This document shows positions 1-10,713 of a stretch of DNA of 64,000 nucleotides, piece after piece. A program made the translations under genes and the position numbers. Every line of letters starts with the position of its first letter. Within the stretch, counting starts at the first letter, position 1. This DNA is from Myxococcota bacterium. Its GTDB lineage: Bacteria > Myxococcota_A > UBA9160 > UBA6930. The DNA is taken from contig OZ245015.1 in assembly GCA_965223705.1 (NCBI GenBank), positions 1,376,001 to 1,440,000 of the forward strand, read 5' to 3'. A model generated the notes under the pieces. It was not told the DNA's origin. It saw only the letters and a program-made list of their open reading frames with translations, and did not search any database.

Positions 1-531
1 GACGCCGACCTGGCGATTGTCCTCCTCGGCGAAACCCGAGAAGAGCTCGGTGGCTCGAGTTGGCTTGCGATTCGACGAGGCCTCGAGGCCGGCACGCCGC
101 CGCGCGTCGATCTCGCCCACGAGCGCAGGCTCCACGCGCTGCTCGCCGAAGGCGCGCACACCGGTGTCGTGGCCTCGGCGCATGATCTCTCCGATGGTGG
201 CTTTGCCGTCGCCCTGGCCGAGGCGTGCTTCGGCGGAAGCGAGTCCATCGGGGCGACGGCGACCTTATCGGGAGCGATGCGACCCGAGGCGCTGCTGTTC
301 GGCGAGTCGACGGGCCGCGTGCTCACTGCCACGGCGGATGCCGAAGCGTGGCTCGCGATGGCGGACCGACGCGGTGTCCCGGCACAGGAAATCGGTCGGA
401 CCGGCGGTCGCGCGTTGACGATCCGGTCCGCCGACGGCGAGGTCTGGATCGAGAGCGACCTCGCCCGCTTGCGCGAGATATGGGCTACCTCTCTCGCGTG
501 TCAGCTCGACGGCAAGGAATCGACCTCGTGA
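1..531 (+). CDS. purL: Phosphoribosylformylglycinamidine synthase PurL, C-terminal part (5'-truncated by window)
   Basis: Frame open from base 1; SAHDLSDGGFAVALAE and LFGES motifs; stop overlaps purF start (GTGA). Confidence 0.9.
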   Translation, partial: DADLAIVLLGETREELGGSSWLAIRRGLEAGTPPRVDLAHERRLHALLAEGAHTGVVASAHDLSDGGFAVALAEACFGGSESIGATATLSGAMRPEALLFGESTGRVLTATADAEAWLAMADRRGVPAQEIGRTGGRALTIRSADGEVWIESDLARLREIWATSLACQLDGKESTS

Positions 532-1979
532 GCTCCGACTTGCACCACGTCGCCCGCGCGCGCGAAGCCGAGCGCCCGCGCGACGAATGCGGCGTCGTCG
601 GCGTCCACGGCCACCCCGAAGCGGCGAAAATCACGTATCTCGGGCTCTACGCCCTGCAGCACCGGGGCCAGGAGAGTGCGGGGATCTGCAGCGCTCAGGG
701 CGGCGAACAATTCGCCCACCGCGCCATGGGGTTGGTTTCGGAGATCTTCGACGAGCAGATTCTCAGCAAGCTCCCTGGACGCCATGCGATCGGCCACGTC
801 CGCTACTCGACGACCGGCGAGTCGCAGCTCCGCAACGCGCACCCGATTTGTGTGAACACCGACGGTGGGCCTGTCGCCGTCGCGCACAACGGCAACATCG
901 TCAATGCAGCAGCGATTCGCCGGGAGCTCGAGGGGCGGGGCGCCATCTTCAGCACGACTTCGGACAGCGAGGTGGTGCTCCACCTACTGGCGCGGTCGCG
1001 CGAGAACACGATCGAAGAGCGGCTTGTCGATGCGCTGTCGAGGCTCCGCGGCGCGTTCAGTTTGCTCGCGCTGACGCAAGACGGTTTCGTGGCCGCACGC
1101 GATCCCCACGGCTTCCGCCCGCTGACCCTCGGGCGACTCGGAGGTGCTTGGGTCGCGGCGAGCGAAACCTGCGCGCTCGATCTGATCGGGGCCGAAGCTT
1201 TGCGAGACGTCGATCCCGGCGAAGTCGTGATCGTGCGGCGAGGGCGGTTGCGCTCGCTGCGACCATTTCCCCGGGTGCCCGCGGCGTTCTGCATCTTCGA
1301 ATACATCTATTTCGCGCGACCGGACTCGAATCTCGCCGGGGGCAACGTCTACCATTTCCGCAAAGAGCTGGGGCGCACGTTGGCGCGGGAGCACGGCGTC
1401 GACGCGGACATGGTGGTTCCGTTGCTCGATTCGGGGAGCGCCGCGGCCCTGGGTTTCGCCGAAGAGTCCGGTATCCCCTACGAAACGGCACTCATTCGCA
1501 ATCACTTCGTGCACCGAACGTTTATTCAGCCGGCACAATCGATTCGCCACTTCGGCGTCAAGGTGAAACACAACGCGATCGGAGACGTCTTGCGCGGCAA
1601 GCGCGTCGTACTGGTCGACGATTCGATCATCCGCGGCACCACGCTCACGACGATCGCGAAAGTGTTACGCGGCGCCGGCGCACGAGAAGTGCATGTGCGC
1701 ATTTCCGCGCCCCCGACCATCGGCCCCTGCCACTACGGCATCGACATGCCGACCCGTGAGGAGCTGATCGCCCACGAACTCGAGGTCGATGAAATCCGCG
1801 AGCGGGTCGGCGCCGATTCCCTGGCGTATCTCTCCGTCGACGCCCTTCGCCGGGTCTCCCAGCGCCTCAAGCACGGGATCTGCGATGCCTGCTTCTCCGA
1901 CGAGTACCCCGTCGCGGTCGATCCCGAGGCGCCTCCGCCGCAGCTGTCCCTGTTCCGACCCGTCGAAGAAAATACGTAG
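528..1979 (+). CDS. purF: Amidophosphoribosyltransferase
   Basis: ECGVVG N-terminal nucleophile after propeptide, LQHRGQE, GHVRYST, VDDSIIRGTT PRPP loop, CDACF; GTG start 528. Confidence 0.97.
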   Translation: MSSDLHHVARAREAERPRDECGVVGVHGHPEAAKITYLGLYALQHRGQESAGICSAQGGEQFAHRAMGLVSEIFDEQILSKLPGRHAIGHVRYSTTGESQLRNAHPICVNTDGGPVAVAHNGNIVNAAAIRRELEGRGAIFSTTSDSEVVLHLLARSRENTIEERLVDALSRLRGAFSLLALTQDGFVAARDPHGFRPLTLGRLGGAWVAASETCALDLIGAEALRDVDPGEVVIVRRGRLRSLRPFPRVPAAFCIFEYIYFARPDSNLAGGNVYHFRKELGRTLAREHGVDADMVVPLLDSGSAAALGFAEESGIPYETALIRNHFVHRTFIQPAQSIRHFGVKVKHNAIGDVLRGKRVVLVDDSIIRGTTLTTIAKVLRGAGAREVHVRISAPPTIGPCHYGIDMPTREELIAHELEVDEIRERVGADSLAYLSVDALRRVSQRLKHGICDACFSDEYPVAVDPEAPPPQLSLFRPVEENT

Positions 1980-2109
1980 GCTTCCGCCCTCGCTCGTCCC
2001 CCGACTGAGACTCCACGTAAACCCGCAGCGATGTCGCGCCGATGAGAAGGCGTCGCCCCGGCGTTTCGAGCGAGCGATTCCCGGGCGATGGGTGGAGTAC
2101 GCCTCGTCG

Positions 2110-3873
2110 ATGAAGCGCAGCCTGCAGCTCACCTTCGACCAGCCGACGGATTTTCTCCGCGAATGGGAGACGAACCTGTCGGTGGGCGGTGCCGTCGTCC
2201 CGAGCGGCGACACCTGGGAAGTGCGCGAGTTGGTGAGTCTCGAGCTCTCTTTCTCGTTTATGGATGGAAGAGAGACATTCGACGCCGAGGTGGTGTTCGC
2301 GGATCCGTCGGGCAAAGTGATGGTGCAGCTCAACGTCCCGGCGATGGAAGTGCGCGGCCGAATCGAACCCTTGGTCGAAGCCGCGAAGCAGCAATCGGCG
2401 GGCGGCGGTGCCGCACCTGCCCCCGCGCCATCTGCGCCGCTCCCCGAGCCGATCCTCGAGACGGAACCGCTCGACGCGTTCGATATTTCTTCCTCGGCGG
2501 ACGAGCCCGCCCTCGATTTCTCACTCGAGGCTTCCGACGACCCGTTCGATCGGTCCGCGGTAGATCTCGGCGAAGCTGAAGACTCGGAGCTCGCCGGCCT
2601 CGATCTCGACAGCATCGATATCGAATCACTGAGTAGCGAGCCCGAGCTCGAGAGCGACGCGTTCGACGCTGCGGCGCTCGACGCGGCGAGCGAGGCGCCA
2701 CTCGAAGACGCGGGCGCCGTGTCGGACCCCGGCGAGTTTCTGGCCGAAGATCTCGAGACCGGGATCGAGGAGGATTCCGGGGCGCTTCTCGGTGATGATT
2801 CGCCCCAAGCGTTCGCAGAGATGCGCGACCTCGACGCGTTCGAAGGCGAGGAGCTCGCCCACGGATTCGACGGGCAGGAGCTCGAAGCCGAGGCGTATGA
2901 AACCGGTGAGTTCGAGGTGTTGTCGGACGCGGGTGATTCCGTCTCCGAAGAAGGCCAGGCGAGTGAGCCGGACATCGAAATCGTTTCCGGGGACGATTTC
3001 ACGGATCGTCGCGGCGCGATCCGCGAGCAAGCGCGCGTTCCCGTGCGCGTCGACGCGAACAACGTCTCCTTCGAGGGCCGCACCCGCGACTTGAGCGATA
3101 CGGGTGTGCTGATTTCCGTCGATGGCAGCGAGTTGCCGGTGGGTAAGCAGGTGATGATCTCGCTCACGCACCCCGACACCGGCGAAGCGATCGAGGTCCC
3201 GGGAACCGTGAAGAGGCATATCGACACGGAAGGGACCGTCGCGGCCGTCGGGGTCGAGATCGAGGGTTCCGAAGGGGAGATGCGCCGCTTCGAATCACTC
3301 GTGCAGAATATCCAGCAGGTCGAACACGAGCGTCGCGCCTCGGGAATCAGCGGTGTCATCGAAGAGCTCGGCATGCCGAACTTGCTGCAGATGCTGGCTC
3401 AGAGCTCCCCTCAAGGCACGCTCACTGTCACCAACGGCACGGAAGAGGGCGTCATCGCTTTCGAGGGCGGTGTTCTCCGCTATTCGCGCCTCGGCACCCT
3501 CGGCGGTTCCAAGGCCTTCGGGCGAATGCTCGGCTGGGAATCCGGCCACTTCCAGTTCGTCGGGCAGGTCGACCCGCTTCCGAACGAAGATCCGCCGGTC
3601 TCTCTCGAGGCGGCGCTGCTCGACGCGATCCGACTGCGCGACGAAGAGGCACGCGAGCCGCGCGCCGAAATCGAGCCGAGCGTCGTCCTCTCCGTCGACA
3701 TGGAAGCTCTCGCGCGCGATGGGGCGAACCTCGACAAGACCCAAGAAGCGGTCGTCGATCTCGCGGCCGCGGGCTTTACCGTGCGACGCGTGCTCGACAT
3801 CATCCCCGAGTCCGACGGCACGATTCTCCGCTCCATCGAAGAGCTCCGCGAGCTCGGCATCGTCAAGCTCTAG
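2110..3873 (+). CDS. PilZ-like / acidic linker / PilZ / DUF4388-like multidomain protein
   Basis: NLSVGG near N-terminus, long D/E-rich linker, REQAR...DLSDTG PilZ motifs, then GVIEELGMPNLLQML...G.L...EEGVIAF DUF4388-like pattern. Confidence 0.7.
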   Translation: MKRSLQLTFDQPTDFLREWETNLSVGGAVVPSGDTWEVRELVSLELSFSFMDGRETFDAEVVFADPSGKVMVQLNVPAMEVRGRIEPLVEAAKQQSAGGGAAPAPAPSAPLPEPILETEPLDAFDISSSADEPALDFSLEASDDPFDRSAVDLGEAEDSELAGLDLDSIDIESLSSEPELESDAFDAAALDAASEAPLEDAGAVSDPGEFLAEDLETGIEEDSGALLGDDSPQAFAEMRDLDAFEGEELAHGFDGQELEAEAYETGEFEVLSDAGDSVSEEGQASEPDIEIVSGDDFTDRRGAIREQARVPVRVDANNVSFEGRTRDLSDTGVLISVDGSELPVGKQVMISLTHPDTGEAIEVPGTVKRHIDTEGTVAAVGVEIEGSEGEMRRFESLVQNIQQVEHERRASGISGVIEELGMPNLLQMLAQSSPQGTLTVTNGTEEGVIAFEGGVLRYSRLGTLGGSKAFGRMLGWESGHFQFVGQVDPLPNEDPPVSLEAALLDAIRLRDEEAREPRAEIEPSVVLSVDMEALARDGANLDKTQEAVVDLAAAGFTVRRVLDIIPESDGTILRSIEELRELGIVKL

Positions 3874-3875
3874 TT

Positions 3876-5477
3876 CTAGGGCCGGGAATACGCGTTGATC
3901 ACCGTGTCGCGGCGGAAACGTTCGTCGTCGCGGTTCGGGTAGTCGATGTTGTAGTGCAGGCCGCGGCTTTCCTTGCGGCTGCGCGCGCAATCGATCACGA
4001 GCTCTGCGACGCAGGACAAGTTGCGCAGCTCGATCAGATCCGTCGTCAACCGGAAGTTCCAGTAGTACTCGGTGATCTCTTCGCGCAGGAGCTCGATACG
4101 GCGTTTCGCTCGGGCGAGCCGTTTGTCGCTGCGCACGATTCCCACGTAGTTCCACATGAACTGCCGGATCTCGTCCCAGTTCTGCTTGATGACGACGGCT
4201 TCCGAGCTTTCCGTCGCCGAGCCCTCTTCCCATTCCGGAATGCTCGATTCGGGCGGGGGGAGATCGCTCACCCGTTCGAGCAGGGCGTCGGCCGCAGCGT
4301 TCGCAAAGACGACGCCTTCGAGCAACGAGTTGGAAGCCAAGCGGTTCGCGCCGTGGAGTCCGGTGCAAGTGACTTCGCCGGCCGCGAACAAGTTTGCGAC
4401 GTCCGTTTCCCCCGCGAGGTCGGTTCGCACGCCGCCACAACAGTAGTGCGCAGCCGGAACCACCGGGATCGGTTCCCGTGTCAGGTCGATGCCGAAATCG
4501 AGGCAGCGCGCGTAGACCGTCGGAAAGCGCTCCTTCAGAAATGAGGCGTCTTGGTGGGTGATGTCGAGGTTGACGTGGTCGTCGCCGCGTCGCTTGAGCT
4601 CGGTGTCGATCGCGCGGGCCACGATGTCGCGCGGCGCCAGGTCGCGCATCGGGTGGTGATCGGCCATGAACGCTTCGCCGTCCAAATTGCGCAACACACC
4701 GCCCTCGCCCCGCACCGCCTCGGTGATCAGGAAAGACTTCGCCTGCGGATGATAGAGGCAGGTCGGGTGGAACTGGAAGAACTCCATATTCGCGAGCGTC
4801 GCGCCGGCTCGGTAGGCCATCGCCATGCCGTCGCCCGACGCGATATCGGGATTGCTCGTGAACTCGTAGACCTTGCCCGCGCCGCCTGTCGCGAGGAGCA
4901 CGGCCGAGCTTGCGAACACATCCACCTCGCCCCGCTCGACGTCGAGGACGTAGGCGCCGACCACTCGGTTCGCGCCCGACTGCCCGAGCTTGGCCGTGGT
5001 GACCAAGTCGACCACGCAGTGGTTCTCGAGGAGGCTGATGTTCGGGTGGGAACGGGCCCGCGCGAGGAGTGCGCGCTCGATTTCGCGACCGGTCGCGTCG
5101 CGGTGGTGAAGCACCCGCCGAATGCGATGTCCGCCTTCGCGGCCCAGGGCGAACGCGTCCTCCGCCGCAGCGCGATCGAATTCGACGCCCAGCTTCAAGA
5201 GAGCTTCGATCGCGTTCGGCCCTCGGCTCACCACATAATCGACGACCTCGGGGTCGCACAGGCCGTCCCCCGCATCCGAGGTATCCCGCGCGTGATCGGC
5301 AAAGGAATCCTCTTCGGCGACGACAGCGGCGATGCCCCCTTGGGCCCAGTTCGTAGCGGAATCCGCCGCCTCTTTTTTCGTGAGGACGACCACGCGACCC
5401 ACCTCGGCGGCGCGAACCGCGAAGAACAGGCCGGCGATTCCGCTGCCCAAGACGAGGGTGTCGCACCGATGATTCAC
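3876..5477 (-). CDS. nadB: L-aspartate oxidase
   Basis: [52 protein letters not shown] start inferred. Confidence 0.95.
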   Translation of the reverse strand: MNHRCDTLVLGSGIAGLFFAVRAAEVGRVVVLTKKEAADSATNWAQGGIAAVVAEEDSFADHARDTSDAGDGLCDPEVVDYVVSRGPNAIEALLKLGVEFDRAAAEDAFALGREGGHRIRRVLHHRDATGREIERALLARARSHPNISLLENHCVVDLVTTAKLGQSGANRVVGAYVLDVERGEVDVFASSAVLLATGGAGKVYEFTSNPDIASGDGMAMAYRAGATLANMEFFQFHPTCLYHPQAKSFLITEAVRGEGGVLRNLDGEAFMADHHPMRDLAPRDIVARAIDTELKRRGDDHVNLDITHQDASFLKERFPTVYARCLDFGIDLTREPIPVVPAAHYCCGGVRTDLAGETDVANLFAAGEVTCTGLHGANRLASNSLLEGVVFANAAADALLERVSDLPPPESSIPEWEEGSATESSEAVVIKQNWDEIRQFMWNYVGIVRSDKRLARAKRRIELLREEITEYYWNFRLTTDLIELRNLSCVAELVIDCARSRKESRGLHYNIDYPNRDDERFRRDTVINAYSRP

Positions 5478-5649
5478 GAGCTCTTGACCCCATGGGGAAA
5501 AATCTTGCCGCCTAGCTGCCGATTTTTGGGGGTGTTCAACCTCGAGATGCCTAAGGGACCCGGGGTCACACTCCGATACATCATGGAACGACTCTACCGC
5601 CGCGGTCTCAGCCCTTTCAAGGCTGGGCGTGGAAACGGAGCTTTGCGTC

Positions 5650-6255
5650 ATGGGTCACGGTTTGAACCGCCGAATCACGATCGTCCGAAGTGCGATCGCT
5701 TCGTTCGCGCTCTTCCTGGCGTCGGCGGTCGGCGCGGACGCGGAGGCCCAGGTCTACCGATACGTCGACGCCTCGGGTGTGACGCACTTCACGAATGCGC
5801 CGAGCGGGCGGCACTTCGCCGCCGTCACCCGGCGTGCGCGGCCCGGTCGCGCGCCGAGGGTCGAAAAATACGACGCGCTGATCGAGAGCGCGGCGCGCAA
5901 ACACGGCCTGCCGCCGGCATTGGTCAAGGCCGTTGTCGCGGCGGAGTCGGCATTTCGCGTCGACGCGGTTTCCCACAAGGGTGCGATGGGGCTGATGCAA
6001 CTGATGCCGGCCACCGCGAAATCTCTCGGCGTCGAGGCGCCCTTCGAAGCGGCCGACAACATCCACGGTGGTTCGCTCTACCTCCGCAAAATGCACGATC
6101 GCTACGGGAGCTGGAGCCACGCGTTGGCGGCGTACAACGCCGGTCCTCGGGCGGTCGATCGGTATCGCGGCATTCCGCCCTACCGAGAGACGCGAACGTA
6201 TGTGAAACGCGTTCTAACCTACTATCGTCAATTCCATGGCGACTTCGCTCGATGA
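5650..6255 (+). CDS. Lytic transglycosylase (SLT) with N-terminal DUF4124-like domain, exported
   Basis: Signal peptide, [42 protein letters not shown]. Confidence 0.9.
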   Translation: MGHGLNRRITIVRSAIASFALFLASAVGADAEAQVYRYVDASGVTHFTNAPSGRHFAAVTRRARPGRAPRVEKYDALIESAARKHGLPPALVKAVVAAESAFRVDAVSHKGAMGLMQLMPATAKSLGVEAPFEAADNIHGGSLYLRKMHDRYGSWSHALAAYNAGPRAVDRYRGIPPYRETRTYVKRVLTYYRQFHGDFAR

Positions 6256-6289
6256 CCATGAGCGTGAATCCAGCCAGAACGCCGACCCG

Positions 6290-6862
6290 ATGGACGAGCA
6301 ACTAGGGCCCGAGCGCTTCTGGAATCTCCCAAACTCGATCACCATGCTGCGCCTCATCGTGGTTCCCGTGATGTTGGCGTTTCCGTATTTCGAGAACCCG
6401 GCCTCGAGTCGGTTCGTCGCTTGGCTCTTTATCGCCGCCGCCGTGACCGATGTGCTCGACGGCTGGCTCGCCCGGCGCGGCCAGCAAGTGACTCGGATCG
6501 GCAAGCTCCTGGATCCCCTGGCGGACAAGCTGGTGGTGACGGTTTGCCTCGTCGTGCTGCTTGCGATGGGTCGCATCCCGATGTGGGCCTCGGTCTTCGT
6601 GGTCGTCATCATCGGCCGAGAGCTCGCCGTCACCGGCCTCCGGGGGCTCGCTTCGGTCGGGGGGCAGGTGATGGCGGCCGATTGGCGGGGCAAGGCCAAG
6701 GCCTTGGCGCAGAACATCGCCATCGGAGCGTTGCTGTTTCCCGATCCGACCTTGGGGCTGCCGTCACATCGAATCGGTATGTTGCTCCTCACGGTAGCCA
6801 CGATCCTGACCCTGTGGTCGGGATACGTGTATTTCGCGAGTTATTTCAGACGGCTTCCCTAG
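6290..6862 (+). CDS. pgsA: CDP-diacylglycerol--glycerol-3-phosphate 3-phosphatidyltransferase
   Basis: NLPNSITMLR, DVLDGWLARR...GKLLDPLADK CDP-alcohol phosphotransferase motif. Confidence 0.92.
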   Translation: MDEQLGPERFWNLPNSITMLRLIVVPVMLAFPYFENPASSRFVAWLFIAAAVTDVLDGWLARRGQQVTRIGKLLDPLADKLVVTVCLVVLLAMGRIPMWASVFVVVIIGRELAVTGLRGLASVGGQVMAADWRGKAKALAQNIAIGALLFPDPTLGLPSHRIGMLLLTVATILTLWSGYVYFASYFRRLP

Positions 6863-6896
6863 ACTTTCGAGGGACCGGCCAATTGGGGGAACGGAC

Positions 6897-8210
6897 GTGA
6901 AACGGCTCGATGAACTCGGAGAGCGAATCGATTCGCGCGATGCGGTGATCGGCGTCGTCGGACTCGGCTATGTCGGTCTCCCTCTCGTGGTGGCGTTCGC
7001 CGAGGCCGGTTTCCCGGTCGTGGGGTTCGATCTCGATTCGGAGAAGGTGTCCCTCTTGAACGAGGGGCAGTCCTACATCGAGGACGTTCCGAGCGAGGCG
7101 ATCGCCCGGGCGCGCAAGGCGGGCCAGCTCAAGGCCAGCACGTCCTTCGAGGACCTGGCCGGTGCAGACGTGATCAACGTGTGCGTACCGACGCCTCTCA
7201 CGAAAACGCGCGATCCAGACGTCTCGTACATCCTCCGAGCCGTCGAGGAGATTCGCAAACGCATGCACAGCGGCCAGCTCGTCATCCTGGGGAGCACGAC
7301 GTATCCGGGGACGACCCACGATCTGTTCGTGCCGATCCTCGAGGAGTCGGGTCTCAAGGTCGGTTCCGACATCGCGGTCGCGTTCGCACCCGAGCGGATC
7401 GACCCGGCGAATCGGCAGTTCGACGTCCGACAAGTCCCGAAGGTCGTCGGAGGCGAGACACCTCGCTGCACAGAGCTCGCGGTCAAGGTGTTCGAAGCGA
7501 TCTTTGACGACGTCGTGCCGGTGAGTTCCTCGCAGAGCGCCGAGATGGTGAAGCTTCTCGAGAACACGTTTCGCGCCATCAACATCGGCCTGGCGAATGA
7601 AGTGGCTCTCATGTGCGACAAGCTCGGCCTCGACGTGTGGGAAGTCATCGATGCCGCGGCCACGAAACCCTACGGCTTCATGAAATTCACGCCGGGCCCG
7701 GGCCTCGGCGGACACTGCATTCCCGTCGACCCCGCGTATCTGGCCTGGAAGATGAAAGCGCTGAATTTTCCGGCGCGCTTCATCGAGGTGGCCACCGAGA
7801 TCAACAGTCAGATGCCTCACCACGTGACCGATGTCGTGACGTCGCTGTTGAACGAAGACCGCCTGGCGGTGAACGGAGCGCGCATTCTCATCATGGGCGT
7901 CGCGTACAAGCCCGACGTCGCGGACATGCGTGAATCTCCCGCCATCGAAATCATCGAACGGCTTCGCGAGAAGGGCGCGGAGATTTCGTATCACGATCCT
8001 CACGTGCCGGAGCTCACCATCGGCGAGTTCCACGCGAAGAGTGTTCCATTGACCGAAGAAGCCGTCGCCGGGAGCGATCTCCTCGTGATCGTGACCGACC
8101 ACCACTCGATCGACTACGAGAACGTGGTGCGCATGGCGCCGCGCGTCTTCGACACGCGCAACGCGACCCGCGACGTCCGCGGAAACCGCGAGAAGATCCG
8201 CAAGCTCTGA
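6897..8210 (+). CDS. Nucleotide-sugar dehydrogenase (UDP-GlcNAc 6-dehydrogenase, WbpA/WecC-like)
   Basis: GLGYVG, CVPTP, STTYPGTT, PERIDP, KLLEN, GGHCIPVDP. Confidence 0.9.
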   Translation: MKRLDELGERIDSRDAVIGVVGLGYVGLPLVVAFAEAGFPVVGFDLDSEKVSLLNEGQSYIEDVPSEAIARARKAGQLKASTSFEDLAGADVINVCVPTPLTKTRDPDVSYILRAVEEIRKRMHSGQLVILGSTTYPGTTHDLFVPILEESGLKVGSDIAVAFAPERIDPANRQFDVRQVPKVVGGETPRCTELAVKVFEAIFDDVVPVSSSQSAEMVKLLENTFRAINIGLANEVALMCDKLGLDVWEVIDAAATKPYGFMKFTPGPGLGGHCIPVDPAYLAWKMKALNFPARFIEVATEINSQMPHHVTDVVTSLLNEDRLAVNGARILIMGVAYKPDVADMRESPAIEIIERLREKGAEISYHDPHVPELTIGEFHAKSVPLTEEAVAGSDLLVIVTDHHSIDYENVVRMAPRVFDTRNATRDVRGNREKIRKL

Positions 8211-8232
8211 GCCGTTCCACCCCGTGGCGGTG

Positions 8233-8238
8233 TACGCT
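8233..8238 (+). promoter_or_regulatory. -10-like hexamer TACGCT 6 nt before the amidase ATG (candidate leaderless promoter)
   Basis: TAnnnT pattern with 6-nt spacer; same geometry recurs at many genes in this window. Confidence 0.5.
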
Positions 8239-8244
8239 ACCGCC

Positions 8245-9639
8245 ATGTTCCACGACTGGACCCTCCGAGAAATCGCGACTCGGGTTCGAACCGGCGAGGT
8301 GTCGGCTCGGGCCGTACAGGAAGCGACCTGGGCGAGAATCGAACGATTCGACCCGGACCTAAAGAGCTTCGCGACACCCACCCCGGAGCTCGCCATGCGC
8401 CAGGCGGAAGCCGTCGATGCGGCGATTGCGGCCGGTCGGACGAACCTGCCGCTCGCCGGAGTGCCCGTGGGCGTCAAGGATCTGTGCGCAACCCGCGACG
8501 CCCCGACCCACGCCGGAACGATCGCTTGTATGGACTGGAACCCCGGAGTCGACGCGACCGTCGTCGAGCGGCTTCGGGACGCCGGCGCTGTGCTCGTCGG
8601 AAAGCTCGTGACGACCGAAGCGGCGAGTGGCGTCCATCATCCGGAGATCAAGCCGCCGAAGAATCCGTGGCACGAGGGGTATTGGACGGGTGCGTCGTCG
8701 AGCGGATCCGGCGCAGCGACCGCGGCGGGTCTGTGCTCGGTCTCCCTCGGCTCCGACACCGGAGGATCGATTCGCTACCCGAGCGCTTGCTGCGGGCTCG
8801 TCGGGCTCAAGCCCACGTGGGGGCGTGTCAGCCGCTTCGGCGTGTTTCCACTCGCGGGTTCTCTCGACCACGTGGGGCCCATGGCGCGATCGGTGGACGA
8901 CGCGGCGGTCGTCCTCGACGTGCTTTCCGGTCGCGACGAGCGCGACCCGACGACTCTCACAGCGGTACCGCCGGTGGCCGTCGCGGAAACACGCGACTGG
9001 CCATCGCTTCGTGTCGGCTATGACGAGCGCTACTGCAGCGAGGGTGTCGCGCCCGAAGTTGCCGCCGCGATCGAGCGAGCGGTTTCAGTTCTCCGCGACG
9101 TGGGCGCGTCGATCCGACCGGTTCGCGTGCCGGAACGAGACGAAACGATCCCCGCGTGGCTCGTCTTATGCGCGGTTGAAGCCGTGGCGGCTCACGAGGG
9201 GTCCTACCCCGAGCGAGCGGAGCAGTACGGGCCGGGCCTCACCGCACTGCTCGAGTACGGTCGCAAGCAGACCCACGCCGAGGTGGCGCGCGCGTCAGAG
9301 GATCGCGTAGCGGCGCGGCGAGATTGGGAAGCGCTTTTCCGCGACGTCGATCTCATCATCACTCCCAGCATGTTTTACACGACGCCGACGCTCGAGCAGG
9401 GGAGGCAGCAGATGCGCGGGGAGGGGATGCGTCGTCTAGTCCGCTTTACCGCCCCTGCAAACCTGACGGGCTTACCGACCTTGTCGCTGCCGGCGGGCCT
9501 CGATGGGGAAGGCGTTCCCTACGGCTACCAGCTCGTCGGTCGCCCCCTCGGCGAGTCGGAACTCTGTCGGGTGGGCACTGCGCTCGAGGCGGTGATCGAG
9601 TTCCCAAAGCTGTGGGATCGTCGCCCTTCTTTTAGCTAG
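8245..9639 (+). CDS. Amidase-signature family protein
   Basis: GVPVGVKD, GASSSGS, LGSDTGGSIRYPS, GLKPT. Confidence 0.92.
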   Translation: MFHDWTLREIATRVRTGEVSARAVQEATWARIERFDPDLKSFATPTPELAMRQAEAVDAAIAAGRTNLPLAGVPVGVKDLCATRDAPTHAGTIACMDWNPGVDATVVERLRDAGAVLVGKLVTTEAASGVHHPEIKPPKNPWHEGYWTGASSSGSGAATAAGLCSVSLGSDTGGSIRYPSACCGLVGLKPTWGRVSRFGVFPLAGSLDHVGPMARSVDDAAVVLDVLSGRDERDPTTLTAVPPVAVAETRDWPSLRVGYDERYCSEGVAPEVAAAIERAVSVLRDVGASIRPVRVPERDETIPAWLVLCAVEAVAAHEGSYPERAEQYGPGLTALLEYGRKQTHAEVARASEDRVAARRDWEALFRDVDLIITPSMFYTTPTLEQGRQQMRGEGMRRLVRFTAPANLTGLPTLSLPAGLDGEGVPYGYQLVGRPLGESELCRVGTALEAVIEFPKLWDRRPSFS

Positions 9640-10688
9640 GAACCCAGCGCCCGCAGCCGCGGAACGACGTCGCGTCCGAAGCTCACCGTGTCTTCGTAGT
9701 AATCGGAGTAGCTCATCAACACGCCGTCGATGCCCTCGCTGTGTAGCCGATGGAGTTGTTCGGCGACCTGTTCCGGGTTTCCGATCACCGGAAGAGCGCC
9801 CGCGCCGAGCGCGAGCATCTCCAAGGTGTGATCATCGAACGATCCGCTCTGAATACCGAGCTCTTTCGCCCAGTTGTTGACCGCCGTCCAGTCGATGTGC
9901 CGGATGATGCGATCACGCTCGCGCAGGGCTTCGTCTTCGGTCTCGCGGCAGATGACGATCACCGCCGCGACGCAGCGCACTTCGCGGCCAAAGTGCTTGG
10001 CGCGACGCTTGAAGTCGGCGGCGACTTCTTCACAACCTTCAAGGGTAGGAGGGCTCACGAACGCCCAATCGCACAGCTCTGCGACGGTGTTGCGGGCGTC
10101 CTCGGAGGAGCCGGCGTTGACGATCGGGGGAACGTGCTCCGGTTGGGGGCGAACGTAACCACCGCGGATGTTGTACCACTCGCATTCGTAATCGAAGGTT
10201 CCCGGCTCTTCGGTCCAGAGACCCTTGAGGATGCGAATAAAGTCGGAGGTCCTCTGGTAGCGGGCGCCGTGTTCGAGGACGTCCACCCCCATCATGCGGA
10301 ACTCTGAGGTGTTCCAGCCCGACACGATGTTGATGCCCCAACGTCCGCCGCTCATGTGGTCGAGCGTCGCACCCATCTTGGCAGCGACGACCGGGTTGAA
10401 CACCGGCACGTGAACGGTCGAAAAAATTTGGATGCGTTCGGTCCCGACCAAGAGGCCCGACGCCCAAGTCATGGTTTCGAGCGAGGTGCCCAAGAAGTTG
10501 GTCTCGCCGCCGAATCCCCACCAACGGCTCACTGGAAAGAGAAAATCGAAGCCAGCCGCTTCTGCCGCACGCGCGACGCGCAAGTTCTCGTCGAAGGTCC
10601 AGTCGTCGGGGTTCGGCTTGTGGGTGCTGATGCTCGGCATATTGCTGCAGTTGGGCATAAAGATGCCGAGCTTCAAACGGTCGGGCAT
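9636..10688 (-). CDS. LLM-class (luciferase-like) flavin-dependent monooxygenase
   Basis: KLGIFMP, AEAAGFDF, RWWGFGG, ATLDHMSGGRWGINIVSGW, NAGSS. Confidence 0.88.
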   Translation of the reverse strand: MPDRLKLGIFMPNCSNMPSISTHKPNPDDWTFDENLRVARAAEAAGFDFLFPVSRWWGFGGETNFLGTSLETMTWASGLLVGTERIQIFSTVHVPVFNPVVAAKMGATLDHMSGGRWGINIVSGWNTSEFRMMGVDVLEHGARYQRTSDFIRILKGLWTEEPGTFDYECEWYNIRGGYVRPQPEHVPPIVNAGSSEDARNTVAELCDWAFVSPPTLEGCEEVAADFKRRAKHFGREVRCVAAVIVICRETEDEALRERDRIIRHIDWTAVNNWAKELGIQSGSFDDHTLEMLALGAGALPVIGNPEQVAEQLHRLHSEGIDGVLMSYSDYYEDTVSFGRDVVPRLRALGS

Positions 10689-10713
10689 GGGCGAAAGCTT
10701 TCGACTCTGACGG

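Noticed and set aside
1665..5493. Long antisense or alternate-frame ORFs (1665-3374, 3295-5493, and many similar across the window)
   Set aside because: Shadow ORFs expected in high-GC DNA; Ser/Arg-rich, motif-free and overlapping well-supported genes
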